Origin: Aquificaceae bacterium
GTDB taxonomy: Bacteria > Aquificota > Aquificia > Aquificales > Aquificaceae
NCBI GenBank assembly: GCA_037925075.1
Contig: JAXSNR010000001.1
Span: forward strand, 480,001-544,000
Length of the DNA: 64,000 nt
Direction: 5' to 3'
The notes below the pieces were generated by a model. It was given only the letters and a program-made list of their open reading frames with translations, had not been told where the DNA came from and did no database searches. The translations under genes were made by a program, and so were the position numbers. Within the stretch, counting starts at the first letter, position 1. The number at the start of each line of letters is the position of its first letter. This document shows positions 22,836 to 31,232 of the stretch, one piece after another.

Positions 22836-23966
22836 TCAAGTGGTGTATTCCGAGTTTATCCTTATGTAGTCGTAGGTAAGGTCAGAAGAGTAATAGGTCC
22901 AGCTTTCTTTACCTTCCATAAGGTCAAGGACTATTTCCACCTCCTGAGACTGCTCCATGTACCTCTTAGCCCCTTCAAGAGCCTTTGGATGAACTTTGCC
23001 GTCATAGACAAGATGACTGCCTATAAAGACCTTGAGCTTAAACTGGTCTATGGGGAAGGCGGTAGACCCTGCGGCGGCAACTATCCTTCCCCAGTTGGGA
23101 TCCTTGCCAAAGATGGCGGTCTTTACAAGGTTTGAGGTGGCAATTGCCTGAGCTATAAGCCTTGCTTTGAGCTGTATAGAAGCATTTTTTACATGGACCT
23201 TTATAAGCCTTGTGGCACCCTCTCCATCCTGCACTATCCTTTTAGCAAGGCTTAGGGAAACATCTTCTATAGCCTCGCTTACCCTTTGCAAGTCTTCCTT
23301 TAAAAGTCCAAGGCTAATAAGCCCAAAGCTGTCGTTGGTGCTCATACATCCATCCACGCTTATAGAGTTAAAGGTCCTTTCGTTTACATCTATATGAAGC
23401 CTCTCTATAACCTCTTCACTTAAATCTGCGTTGGTGAAGACAAAGGCAAGCATGGTGCCCATATTGGGATGTATCATCCCAGCACCCTTTGCAAAACCGA
23501 AGGCTTCTAACCTTCCCTTCTTTACAAAGTCGTATTTGGGAAAGCTATCGGTGGTGGATATGACTTCACTTGCCCTTTTTAGGTCAAGGGGTTCAAGAAT
23601 CTCACATGCGGAGTCTATGGCATTCAATACATCTTCTATTGGCATGGGCTTGCCGATAACACCCGTAGAAAACACAAGCACCTCATCCTCTGGAAGGTCA
23701 AGCTTTTCTGCAACTCTTTTCGCCATAAGCTCCGCATGAAGAAGCCCTTCTCTACCCACTCCACAGTTTGCGTTTCCACTGTTTATAACCATAGCCCTAA
23801 CTCTTCCCTTAAAGACCTTCTGAGAATACAAAACACTTGTTGACTTGAAATGGTTTTTTGTAAAGAGAAAGGACGCCTTACAGGTTTGCGGAAGTAGAAC
23901 CACCAGTATATCGGGCTTTCCCCCAGACTTTAGACCCGCCCTTCCAACGCCCATAAGAATTTCCAT
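22836..23966 (-). CDS. argJ: Ornithine acetyltransferase
   Basis: NSGNAN, STGVIG, KGAGMIHPNM-TML, STND, DGEGAT, DPNWGR. Confidence 0.96.
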   Translation of the reverse strand: MEILMGVGRAGLKSGGKPDILVVLLPQTCKASFLFTKNHFKSTSVLYSQKVFKGRVRAMVINSGNANCGVGREGLLHAELMAKRVAEKLDLPEDEVLVFSTGVIGKPMPIEDVLNAIDSACEILEPLDLKRASEVISTTDSFPKYDFVKKGRLEAFGFAKGAGMIHPNMGTMLAFVFTNADLSEEVIERLHIDVNERTFNSISVDGCMSTNDSFGLISLGLLKEDLQRVSEAIEDVSLSLAKRIVQDGEGATRLIKVHVKNASIQLKARLIAQAIATSNLVKTAIFGKDPNWGRIVAAAGSTAFPIDQFKLKVFIGSHLVYDGKVHPKALEGAKRYMEQSQEVEIVLDLMEGKESWTYYSSDLTYDYIRINSEYTT

Positions 23967-23978
23967 GAGAAAATTCTA

Positions 23979-25238
23979 TCACATACCGCCGAGCCTTCTT
24001 AGCCTTTCTTTGGCATCCTGTGCCCATTCTGCTTTTCCTTGAGATAGCTCAAGGGCGGTTCTGTAGTGGTCTATGGCTTTGGTTCTGTTGTCAAGAGCTT
24101 CGTAGTTTCTACCCAGATAGTAATGGGTGCTTGCATGGTCTGGGATGAGCTGGATTGCCCTTTGAAGGTATTTTATGGATTCCCCATGCTCCCTTTGTAG
24201 GAATTTAACATAGCCATGAACGTAGTTTGTGAGGAAAACCTCGGGCATGGTTTGCAAAGCTATCCTTGAGTGCCTTTCAGCCTCTGAAAGCCTTCTTTCG
24301 CTTGCAAGCAAATATGCCATGTAAGCCCTTGCGGTGTAGTTTTCTGGGTATAGGTCTATAGCCCTTTGAAGGTGATAAAGGGCAAGCTCAGGGTTTCTGC
24401 TGGCTAAGGCTTTTTTTCCCTTTTCAAACTCCTCAAAGGAAGGTTGAGTTTTTACAAGCCTTTCCCTTATCCTTTGAAAGTCCTCTGTATCACGAACAAA
24501 GGCACCCTGAGGTCTAAGCCTTTCTATTTCCCTTTTTGCCTCCGCTATTCTCGTTTCTGGAAGGGGGTGTGTGGAAAGCCACTCTGGAAGCCTGCCACCC
24601 CTTTCCATGGCTTTAAACATTTCAAAAACCCTTATTATCGCCGTAGGATCGTAGCCAGATCTGTAAGTGTAGACTATACCAAGCTGGTCTGCCTCCCTCT
24701 CTTGGTCTCTGCTAAACTTGAGGCTTAAAAGCCCTGCACCCACTTGACCAAACTGAAGCAATGCTTGTCCGTAGGGCTTGTCGCCCACAAGAAGAGCTCC
24801 AATGTTGAGAAGAAGGCTCAGACCAAACTGCTTTTCAAGAAACCTTGCATGATGCCTTGCGTTTATGTGTCCAAGCTCATGACCCAGAACGCTTGCAAGC
24901 TCAGACTCGGAATTCAGCTTTAGCAAAAGCCCCCTCGTTATCATCACAGGACCGCCGGGAAGGGCAAAGGCGTTTATCTGTGAGGAATTTACCATATAAA
25001 ACTCGTAGGGAAGCTTCCTTTCTGTGTGTTTTGCAAGGCTTAGCCCCACACTCCTTATGTACTCTTGCAGTTGCCTATCTGGATACAGTCCATCAAACTC
25101 CTCTATGGAGTAGGGTACGTAGGCTTTGCCAATCTCTATTTCCTTGTTTTCAGGAAGCAGGTTAAGTAGAGGTTTTTTTGCACCAACGTTGGCACAGCTA
25201 AGAAGTAAAGATAGAAGTAAGAAAAGAAGCAATCTCAT
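23979..25238 (-). CDS. M48 metalloprotease lipoprotein with TPRs (BepA-like)
   Basis: Lipobox LLSC, NAFALPGG, HELGH, FSRDQEREAD, STHP, C-terminal TPRs. Confidence 0.92.
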   Translation of the reverse strand: MRLLLFLLLSLLLSCANVGAKKPLLNLLPENKEIEIGKAYVPYSIEEFDGLYPDRQLQEYIRSVGLSLAKHTERKLPYEFYMVNSSQINAFALPGGPVMITRGLLLKLNSESELASVLGHELGHINARHHARFLEKQFGLSLLLNIGALLVGDKPYGQALLQFGQVGAGLLSLKFSRDQEREADQLGIVYTYRSGYDPTAIIRVFEMFKAMERGGRLPEWLSTHPLPETRIAEAKREIERLRPQGAFVRDTEDFQRIRERLVKTQPSFEEFEKGKKALASRNPELALYHLQRAIDLYPENYTARAYMAYLLASERRLSEAERHSRIALQTMPEVFLTNYVHGYVKFLQREHGESIKYLQRAIQLIPDHASTHYYLGRNYEALDNRTKAIDHYRTALELSQGKAEWAQDAKERLRRLGGM

Positions 25239-26338
25239 GTTTTTAATATTATAGCGTCCCTTATCCTCCATAGGATCTCATTTATCAAAAGCATACCTTT
25301 CCTGTTTAGCCTTAGCCTTTCACCCTCCATCTGAAAGTACTCTTTTAAATCTTCTGGTATATTGGGAAGAAGCTCCTTTTCCACACCCCTTGTGGTTCTA
25401 AGAGCTACAAAGAGATAATCATACATTAGCTCATCACCGCTTAGTTTTTCCTCGTATTCCACAGGACTTTCACCCCTACTTATCCTTTCCGCGTAGAGTT
25501 TAACGCTTTTGGTATTTCCAAACCTAACCCTCTTTACAAAGCTCCATGCGGACACTCCAAGACCCAAAAACTCCTCATGGCTCCAGTATAGCATGTTATG
25601 CTTGCACTGAAACCCGCTTATGGCAAAGTTGGATATCTCATACTGTAAAAAACCCATAGCTTCAAGGCTTTCGCATATGAGATTGTACATATCCGCGATG
25701 GTGTTGTCATCGGGAAGTTCAAAAAGCCCCTTTTTGTAAAGCAAGCCAAAAAGGGTATCTTCGTAAGGTGTAAGAAGATAAAAGGAAACATGGCTAAGGG
25801 GAAGGCTTTTTAGAAGGGCTAACTCTTTTCTGAGGTCTTCAAGGCTCTGACCCTGATAGCCGTAGATGAGGTCTATGTTTATATTCTCAAAGCCTGCACT
25901 GTTGGCACTGTCAATGGCTCTTAGGGCATCCTCTACAGAATGAAGCCTTCCAAGAGCCTTTAAACCCTCATCCCTGAGGCTCTGCACACCTATGCTCACT
26001 CGGTTAAAGCCTATGTCTTTTATGCTCTTAAAGTCTTCAAGGGTGTAGTTTTCTGGATTGCATTCAATGGTTATCTCCTCCAATTGGGACATGTCTATCA
26101 TATGGCTTAGCCTTTCAAAGAAGGTTTTATACTGATTGGGCTTTATAAGGGATGGCGTGCCACCTCCAAAGTAAAGGGTCTGAGGCTTTATGCTTATTTC
26201 CCTGTACAGCTCAAGCTCTTTTAACATAAACGTCATGTATTCCTGAGGCTCTACCACAGGATCTACCACAGAAACAAAATCACAGTAAGGGCACTTATAG
26301 GAACAGAAGGGTATGTGAAAATACAAGCCCTTAACCAT
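25235..26338 (-). CDS. hemW: Radical SAM heme chaperone HemW (HemN-like)
   Basis: YFHIPFCSYKCPYCDF, GGGTPS, YEISN, HNMLYW. Confidence 0.92.
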   Translation of the reverse strand: MVKGLYFHIPFCSYKCPYCDFVSVVDPVVEPQEYMTFMLKELELYREISIKPQTLYFGGGTPSLIKPNQYKTFFERLSHMIDMSQLEEITIECNPENYTLEDFKSIKDIGFNRVSIGVQSLRDEGLKALGRLHSVEDALRAIDSANSAGFENINIDLIYGYQGQSLEDLRKELALLKSLPLSHVSFYLLTPYEDTLFGLLYKKGLFELPDDNTIADMYNLICESLEAMGFLQYEISNFAISGFQCKHNMLYWSHEEFLGLGVSAWSFVKRVRFGNTKSVKLYAERISRGESPVEYEEKLSGDELMYDYLFVALRTTRGVEKELLPNIPEDLKEYFQMEGERLRLNRKGMLLINEILWRIRDAIILKT

Positions 26339-27437
26339 GCTCAAACTTTATGGGTCTGTTTCTGTGTTCTCTGATTATGGAAAAGGCAACTCCGATGAGT
26401 AAAGAAAAAGTAAGCACACTGCTACCGCCATAGCTGACCAAGGGCAAGGGTATGCCCACCACGGGAGCCCATCCCATGGTCATAAGAAGGTTCACACCCG
26501 TCTGAAAAAGCCATAGCCCGGCAAAGGCACCAAGGTAAAGCCTTTCCGCAGGGTTTGTTATATCTATCGCATAGTAAAGGGTCCTAATTAAGAAAACAAA
26601 CAGGGAAGCCAAAAGGAGAAGACTGACCACAAAGCCCCATTCCTCCGCTATTACGGAGAATATAAAGTCCGTATGCCTTTCTGGAAGGAAGAGAAGATGG
26701 GACTGAGTGCCCTTAAGAAAGCCCTTTCCCAAAAAACCACCAGAACCCACCGCTATAACAGATTGAATAAGCTGATAACCGCTACCTTGATAGTCCTCGT
26801 ATGGGTCAAGGACAGCCAGTATGCGTGCCCTTTGATAGTCCTTTAGAGAATGCCAAAGTAAGGGAGAAAGTGCCAAGAAAAGGAAGCCACCAAGTAAAAA
26901 ATACCTTAGCCTGACACCTTTTAGAAAAAGAAGAAGCAGGACTATAACCAAGTAGATTACAGAGGTGCCAAGGTCTGGCTGTTTAAGGGTAAGGACCAAA
27001 GGCATGCCAAGTGCGGTAAGGAGTATAAGGGTTTCCTTGCTGAAAAGCTTACCAAGATGACCAAGGGTGTACAGGGAAAAGAGCAAAAGGGAGAACTTCA
27101 TAAACTCCGAAGGCTGGATGCTAACCGGACCAAGGTCTATCCACCTTTTTGCTCCATAGACTGTTTTCCCTACAATGGGCACAAGCACAAGGAGAAAAAG
27201 GTTCAAAAGATACACCGCAGGTGCCATATCGTAAATAACTCTAAAGTTTATCCTTGAAAGCAAAAAGACCACCGCTAAGCCTACCAAGATGTAAAGGGAT
27301 TGCTTTATAAACAGTGGAGAAGTACTACCCTTATAGGTGGCACTATAAACGCCCACAAGCCCCAAAAGGCATATAAAGAAAAGGGCGGTAAGCATATACG
27401 GGTCATAGTCTTTTAGAGTTTTTCTAAGCCTCTTCAT
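26331..27437 (-). CDS. rodA: Rod shape-determining SEDS protein RodA
   Basis: GAKRWI, IQPSEF, QPDLGT, GYQLIQS, PERHTDFIF, SYGGSS. Confidence 0.93.
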   Translation of the reverse strand: MKRLRKTLKDYDPYMLTALFFICLLGLVGVYSATYKGSTSPLFIKQSLYILVGLAVVFLLSRINFRVIYDMAPAVYLLNLFLLVLVPIVGKTVYGAKRWIDLGPVSIQPSEFMKFSLLLFSLYTLGHLGKLFSKETLILLTALGMPLVLTLKQPDLGTSVIYLVIVLLLLFLKGVRLRYFLLGGFLFLALSPLLWHSLKDYQRARILAVLDPYEDYQGSGYQLIQSVIAVGSGGFLGKGFLKGTQSHLLFLPERHTDFIFSVIAEEWGFVVSLLLLASLFVFLIRTLYYAIDITNPAERLYLGAFAGLWLFQTGVNLLMTMGWAPVVGIPLPLVSYGGSSVLTFSLLIGVAFSIIREHRNRPIKFEHG

Positions 27438-28128
27438 AATATACAAGCCTTCCACAGCTTGGGCATACCACCACCTCTCCCTTTATCAGTCTTGAATAGA
27501 GAGCTGATGGCAGTTTTGTCCCGCAGTTGGCACAAGACCCAGAAGAGTCCGCAGGTAGTATAATGGGCAGGCTGTATCTCTTTTTCAAAGCGTCGTACTC
27601 CTTAACCACCTCTTCTTCAAACTCTTCCTTAAGTTTTTGAAGTCCTTCCTTTAGCTCCTTTAACCTATTTAAAAGCTTTGATTGGGTGTACCTTAGGTCC
27701 TCAAGCTCCTCCTCCAGCTCTTGCATATGTTTTAGCAGTTTTTTATCTTCCCTTTCTTCCTCAAGTTTTTTAAGTTTTTCTTCAAGCTCTTTAAGACCTT
27801 TTGTGAGTTTTATAACACAGTCTTCGTTCTTTGCCTTTTCTTTGAGAAGTGCCTTGTACTCTTCAGCTTTTTTCACAAGAGGTAGCCTATCCTCCGCCCT
27901 TTTTGCACCCCTTTTACACTCTTCTATCATCTCCTTATGGTTTTTTATCTCCCTTTTTAAATCCTCTATCCCCTTGATTACTTCTTCCCTCTTCTTCCTG
28001 AGTTCTTCCTTCCTTTTGACCATCTCATCTATCTGAGAAGTGAGCTTTTCAAAAGCATTTTGTGTTCTCAGAATTTCCATTTCCATCTTCTGAAGTTGGA
28101 GCATCTTTTGGAGTTTTTCAGGCTTCAC
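27424..28128 (-). CDS. Coiled-coil protein with C4-type zinc ribbon (DUF164/HP0958-like)
   Basis: Long coiled coil, then CANC...CPSCGRLVY; GTG start at 28128 inferred. Confidence 0.85.
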   Translation of the reverse strand: MKPEKLQKMLQLQKMEMEILRTQNAFEKLTSQIDEMVKRKEELRKKREEVIKGIEDLKREIKNHKEMIEECKRGAKRAEDRLPLVKKAEEYKALLKEKAKNEDCVIKLTKGLKELEEKLKKLEEEREDKKLLKHMQELEEELEDLRYTQSKLLNRLKELKEGLQKLKEEFEEEVVKEYDALKKRYSLPIILPADSSGSCANCGTKLPSALYSRLIKGEVVVCPSCGRLVYYEEA

Positions 28129-28147
28129 AAGGAATATAATATAAGCC

Positions 28148-29440
28148 ATGTTTGACCTGCTGATTAAGTCCGCCCTTATACCTGAAAAGGGAGTGATGGA
28201 TGTGGGTATAAGGGACGGAGTTATAGTAAAGATGGCGGAAAGGTTAGAAGAAGACTCAAGATATACCATAAATGCCAAGGGTAAGGTACTCTTTCCCTCC
28301 TTTGCCAACATGCATACGCACATATCCATGAGCCTTTTAAGGGGTTTGGGTGCAGACCTACCGCTTATGGATTGGCTTCAGAAGGTTATATGGGTTTTGG
28401 AGGGTGAGTTTGTGTCGCCTGAGTTTGTAAGGGATGGTGCCCTGATAGGTATTGCGGAAGCCATAAGGTCTGGAACCACCCTCTTTATGGACATGTATTT
28501 CTTTGAGGAGAGCGTGGCTGAGGTTGCCAAAAGGACTGGCATAAGGGCTGGGCTTGGCTTTGGCATACTTGACTTCCCCACAAAGGTGGCAAAGACCCAA
28601 GAAGAGTACTTAAAAAGGGCAAGGGAGTTTATAAAAAGCTTCAAGGGTGAAGACTTGGTCTTTCCTACCCTATGCCCTCATGCTGTTTATACCTGCTCTC
28701 CATACACACTCAAAAAGTCCCTCCAGCTTGCCCTTGAAGAGGATGTGTATATCCATATCCATGTGGCGGAGACCCAGCAGGAGGTAGAAGGCTCTTTAGA
28801 AAGGTTTGGCAAAAGGCCCGTGGAACACTTGGAAAGCCTTGGATTGCTTACAGAGAAAACCCTCATGGCTCATGTGGTATGGACTACAGAAGAGGAAAGG
28901 GAAAGGATCAAAGAAAGCGGTGCAAAAGTCTTGCATTGCCCTGAAAGCAACCTAAAGCTTGCGTCTGGAATAGCACCCATAAGTGATTACATAAGAAGAG
29001 GCATTCATGTATGCCTTGGCACCGACGGACCTGCCTCCAACGACAACCTTGATATGCTTGAAGAGTTAAGCCTTATGGCAAAGCTTCAAAAGGGTGCAAA
29101 CCTTGACGCAAAGGCAATGGACGCAAGGACCGCACTCAAGATAGCCACCGAGGAAGGCTTTAGAGCTGTTGGCATAAGGGCGGGTAAGGTGGAAGTAGGG
29201 TACGAAGCGGACCTTATCCTCCTTGACCCAGAAAAGCCACACCTACAGCCCCTTTATGACCCCATATCACAGCTTGTGTATTCCGCCAAGTCCTCAGACA
29301 TAGACACGGTCATATGCAAAGGAAGGGTTCTGATGGAGAAGGGAGAGCTAAAGACCATAGACCAAGAGCAAGTTCTCTTTGTTGCCAACAAGTGGAGGGA
29401 AAGGATACAAGGTTTTATAAGGAGTAAAATTTTATCCTAA
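28148..29440 (+). CDS. mtaD: 5-methylthioadenosine/S-adenosylhomocysteine deaminase (amidohydrolase)
   Basis: HTH, DLPLMDWL, PHAVYT, HVAET, HCPESNLKLASG, GTDGPASN. Confidence 0.88.
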   Translation: MFDLLIKSALIPEKGVMDVGIRDGVIVKMAERLEEDSRYTINAKGKVLFPSFANMHTHISMSLLRGLGADLPLMDWLQKVIWVLEGEFVSPEFVRDGALIGIAEAIRSGTTLFMDMYFFEESVAEVAKRTGIRAGLGFGILDFPTKVAKTQEEYLKRAREFIKSFKGEDLVFPTLCPHAVYTCSPYTLKKSLQLALEEDVYIHIHVAETQQEVEGSLERFGKRPVEHLESLGLLTEKTLMAHVVWTTEEERERIKESGAKVLHCPESNLKLASGIAPISDYIRRGIHVCLGTDGPASNDNLDMLEELSLMAKLQKGANLDAKAMDARTALKIATEEGFRAVGIRAGKVEVGYEADLILLDPEKPHLQPLYDPISQLVYSAKSSDIDTVICKGRVLMEKGELKTIDQEQVLFVANKWRERIQGFIRSKILS

Positions 29441-29513
29441 CGGGGTGTGGCTCAGGTGGCAGAGCGTCGGCTTCGGGAGCCGAAGGTCAGGGGTTCAAGT
29501 CCCCTCACCCCGA
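29441..29513 (+). tRNA. tRNA-Pro(CGG), CCA not encoded
   Basis: Acceptor stem CGGGGTG/CACCCCG, anticodon arm TCGGC-TTCGGGA-GCCGA, T-loop TTCAAGT. Confidence 0.96.
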
Positions 29514-29625
29514 GTTAGAAGCTTGTTAAATAAGCGGAAATAAGCTTCGCAATAAGCAGTTTTTATACACTTAAGACGCTTAAACGGTTAAAATTTTCCT
29601 TAAAATAAAGCACAGGAGGAAAGCC

Positions 29626-30594
29626 ATGAAAAAGCTTTCAATACTCGGCTTTATTGGTATAGCCTTTGCACAACCCTTGATAGACCCACCCCTTACGGAC
29701 AGGCTCTTCCCTTATGTGAAATACGGAGAGGTCTGGACGGGCACTCCAGCCCAAGTTAAGGATGCCACCATACCAAATACACTTGTGGTCTATGGCTCAA
29801 AGGAAGACCCAGATGTAGTGGCCCTTGCGGGCAGGATAGCCTACTATCTTGGACAGTGGACGGAGGATATGGGCTTTACCGCAGAGGATGTAAGGCAGTC
29901 CAGAATGCCAGAGCTTTTGGTAAGCGACCAGAAGCTAAAAAGCCTTAGCTACCAAAACCTTATAGTGGTAGGCACAAACAACGAACTGGTAAAGGAGCTT
30001 GGACTGAGCTTTGAAAAGCCCACCATAAAGCTGGTGCAAAAGGAGGGCAAAAACATACTTGTGGTGGGTGGTGCCAACAAGGAACAGGTATTGCAGGCAG
30101 GAAGATATCTTGCGGATGTCCGGCTTAACTTCAAAGCGGGGGCATACAAGACCTTCTTCTCCTTTGTAACTCTTAGAGGATACATAGAAAGGGGTGAGTT
30201 TGATTCCGCCCTTAGGCTTGTCAAAAGTCCTGTGGGCTTGTCCGCCTGTGGCAAAAACATGGCTTTGGCTGGCCCCATGGTAGCCCAGTGGGGGGATGAC
30301 CTCAAGGCCGTGGTCAGACACAGAAACAACATACTCTACAATGAACTACCCAAAGCCCTTGAGGCAAGAGACAAGGAAAAAGCGGTAAGCCTTTGGAAGG
30401 AAGCCATGTTTACCTGCTACCAGTGCCATCAGGGCATAAACGTGCCACAGGTAAGGAAGTTCAAGCCCGTAGAAAGCATACACGCAAAACACCAACAAAT
30501 AGCGGAGAGCTTTGGCCTTGTTAAGGTTGTAGGCACAGAAAAGTCTTGCATAGCCTGTCATTCTGGTCCTACAAACATAAGAGGATACAAGTGA
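29626..30594 (+). CDS. Exported diheme c-type cytochrome with an N-terminal S-layer/flavodoxin-like domain
   Basis: Signal peptide (AFA), CYQCH and CIACH; SD AGGAGG. Confidence 0.75.
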   Translation: MKKLSILGFIGIAFAQPLIDPPLTDRLFPYVKYGEVWTGTPAQVKDATIPNTLVVYGSKEDPDVVALAGRIAYYLGQWTEDMGFTAEDVRQSRMPELLVSDQKLKSLSYQNLIVVGTNNELVKELGLSFEKPTIKLVQKEGKNILVVGGANKEQVLQAGRYLADVRLNFKAGAYKTFFSFVTLRGYIERGEFDSALRLVKSPVGLSACGKNMALAGPMVAQWGDDLKAVVRHRNNILYNELPKALEARDKEKAVSLWKEAMFTCYQCHQGINVPQVRKFKPVESIHAKHQQIAESFGLVKVVGTEKSCIACHSGPTNIRGYK

Positions 30595-31232
30595 ATTATA
30601 CAGTTAAAAGGTGGGCTATAAGCCTTTTGCTTGTAGTCCTTTTTCCCCTCCTTCTTGTTCTTCTTGTGGTTCGCCTTGCCTTTACAGAGCCCTTTGTGGA
30701 GTTCTTGTACAAAAGGGTGGAGCTTCCCCATGATCCCATGCCTTATGAGCTAAGGCTAAGCATAGCAAAGATGGGATTAAGGTCTGTGCTTTCAGAAAAG
30801 GGCATGGAAGAATTTAAAAACTCTGGGCTTTTCAACGAGAGAGAGATAAGGCATATGGAGGATGTGAAAAGGCTTCTTAGCTTTTTCTTTGGCTTTTTTT
30901 ATTTTGGGCTTTTCCTTTGGCTTTTGGGATTTTTTAGCCTCAGAAAGAAAAAAGAGATGGGAAAGGTTCTCTTCTTTGGAAGTCTTCTTCTTGAAATCCT
31001 TGTTATTTTTGTCTTTTTGGCATCCATGATAAACTACCACTGGCTTTTTGAAGCCTTTCATAACCTCTTTTTTGACCCATATTCTTGGAGGTTCAGGGAC
31101 GAGGACATGCTTTTAAGGGTTTATCCTATGGATTTTTGGTTCAAGGCAACGCTTTACACAGCCTTTGGAATTTTCTTTTTAAATCTTATCCTTCAAGCGG
31201 TTGGCTTTATCCTTTGGAGAGGAGGTTCTTGA
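30591..31232 (+). CDS. TIGR01906/DUF1461 membrane protein (Lit-like)
   Basis: EIRHMEDVK and FEAFHNLFF...W motifs, four TMs; GTG overlaps the upstream stop. Confidence 0.82.
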   Translation: MNYTVKRWAISLLLVVLFPLLLVLLVVRLAFTEPFVEFLYKRVELPHDPMPYELRLSIAKMGLRSVLSEKGMEEFKNSGLFNEREIRHMEDVKRLLSFFFGFFYFGLFLWLLGFFSLRKKKEMGKVLFFGSLLLEILVIFVFLASMINYHWLFEAFHNLFFDPYSWRFRDEDMLLRVYPMDFWFKATLYTAFGIFFLNLILQAVGFILWRGGS

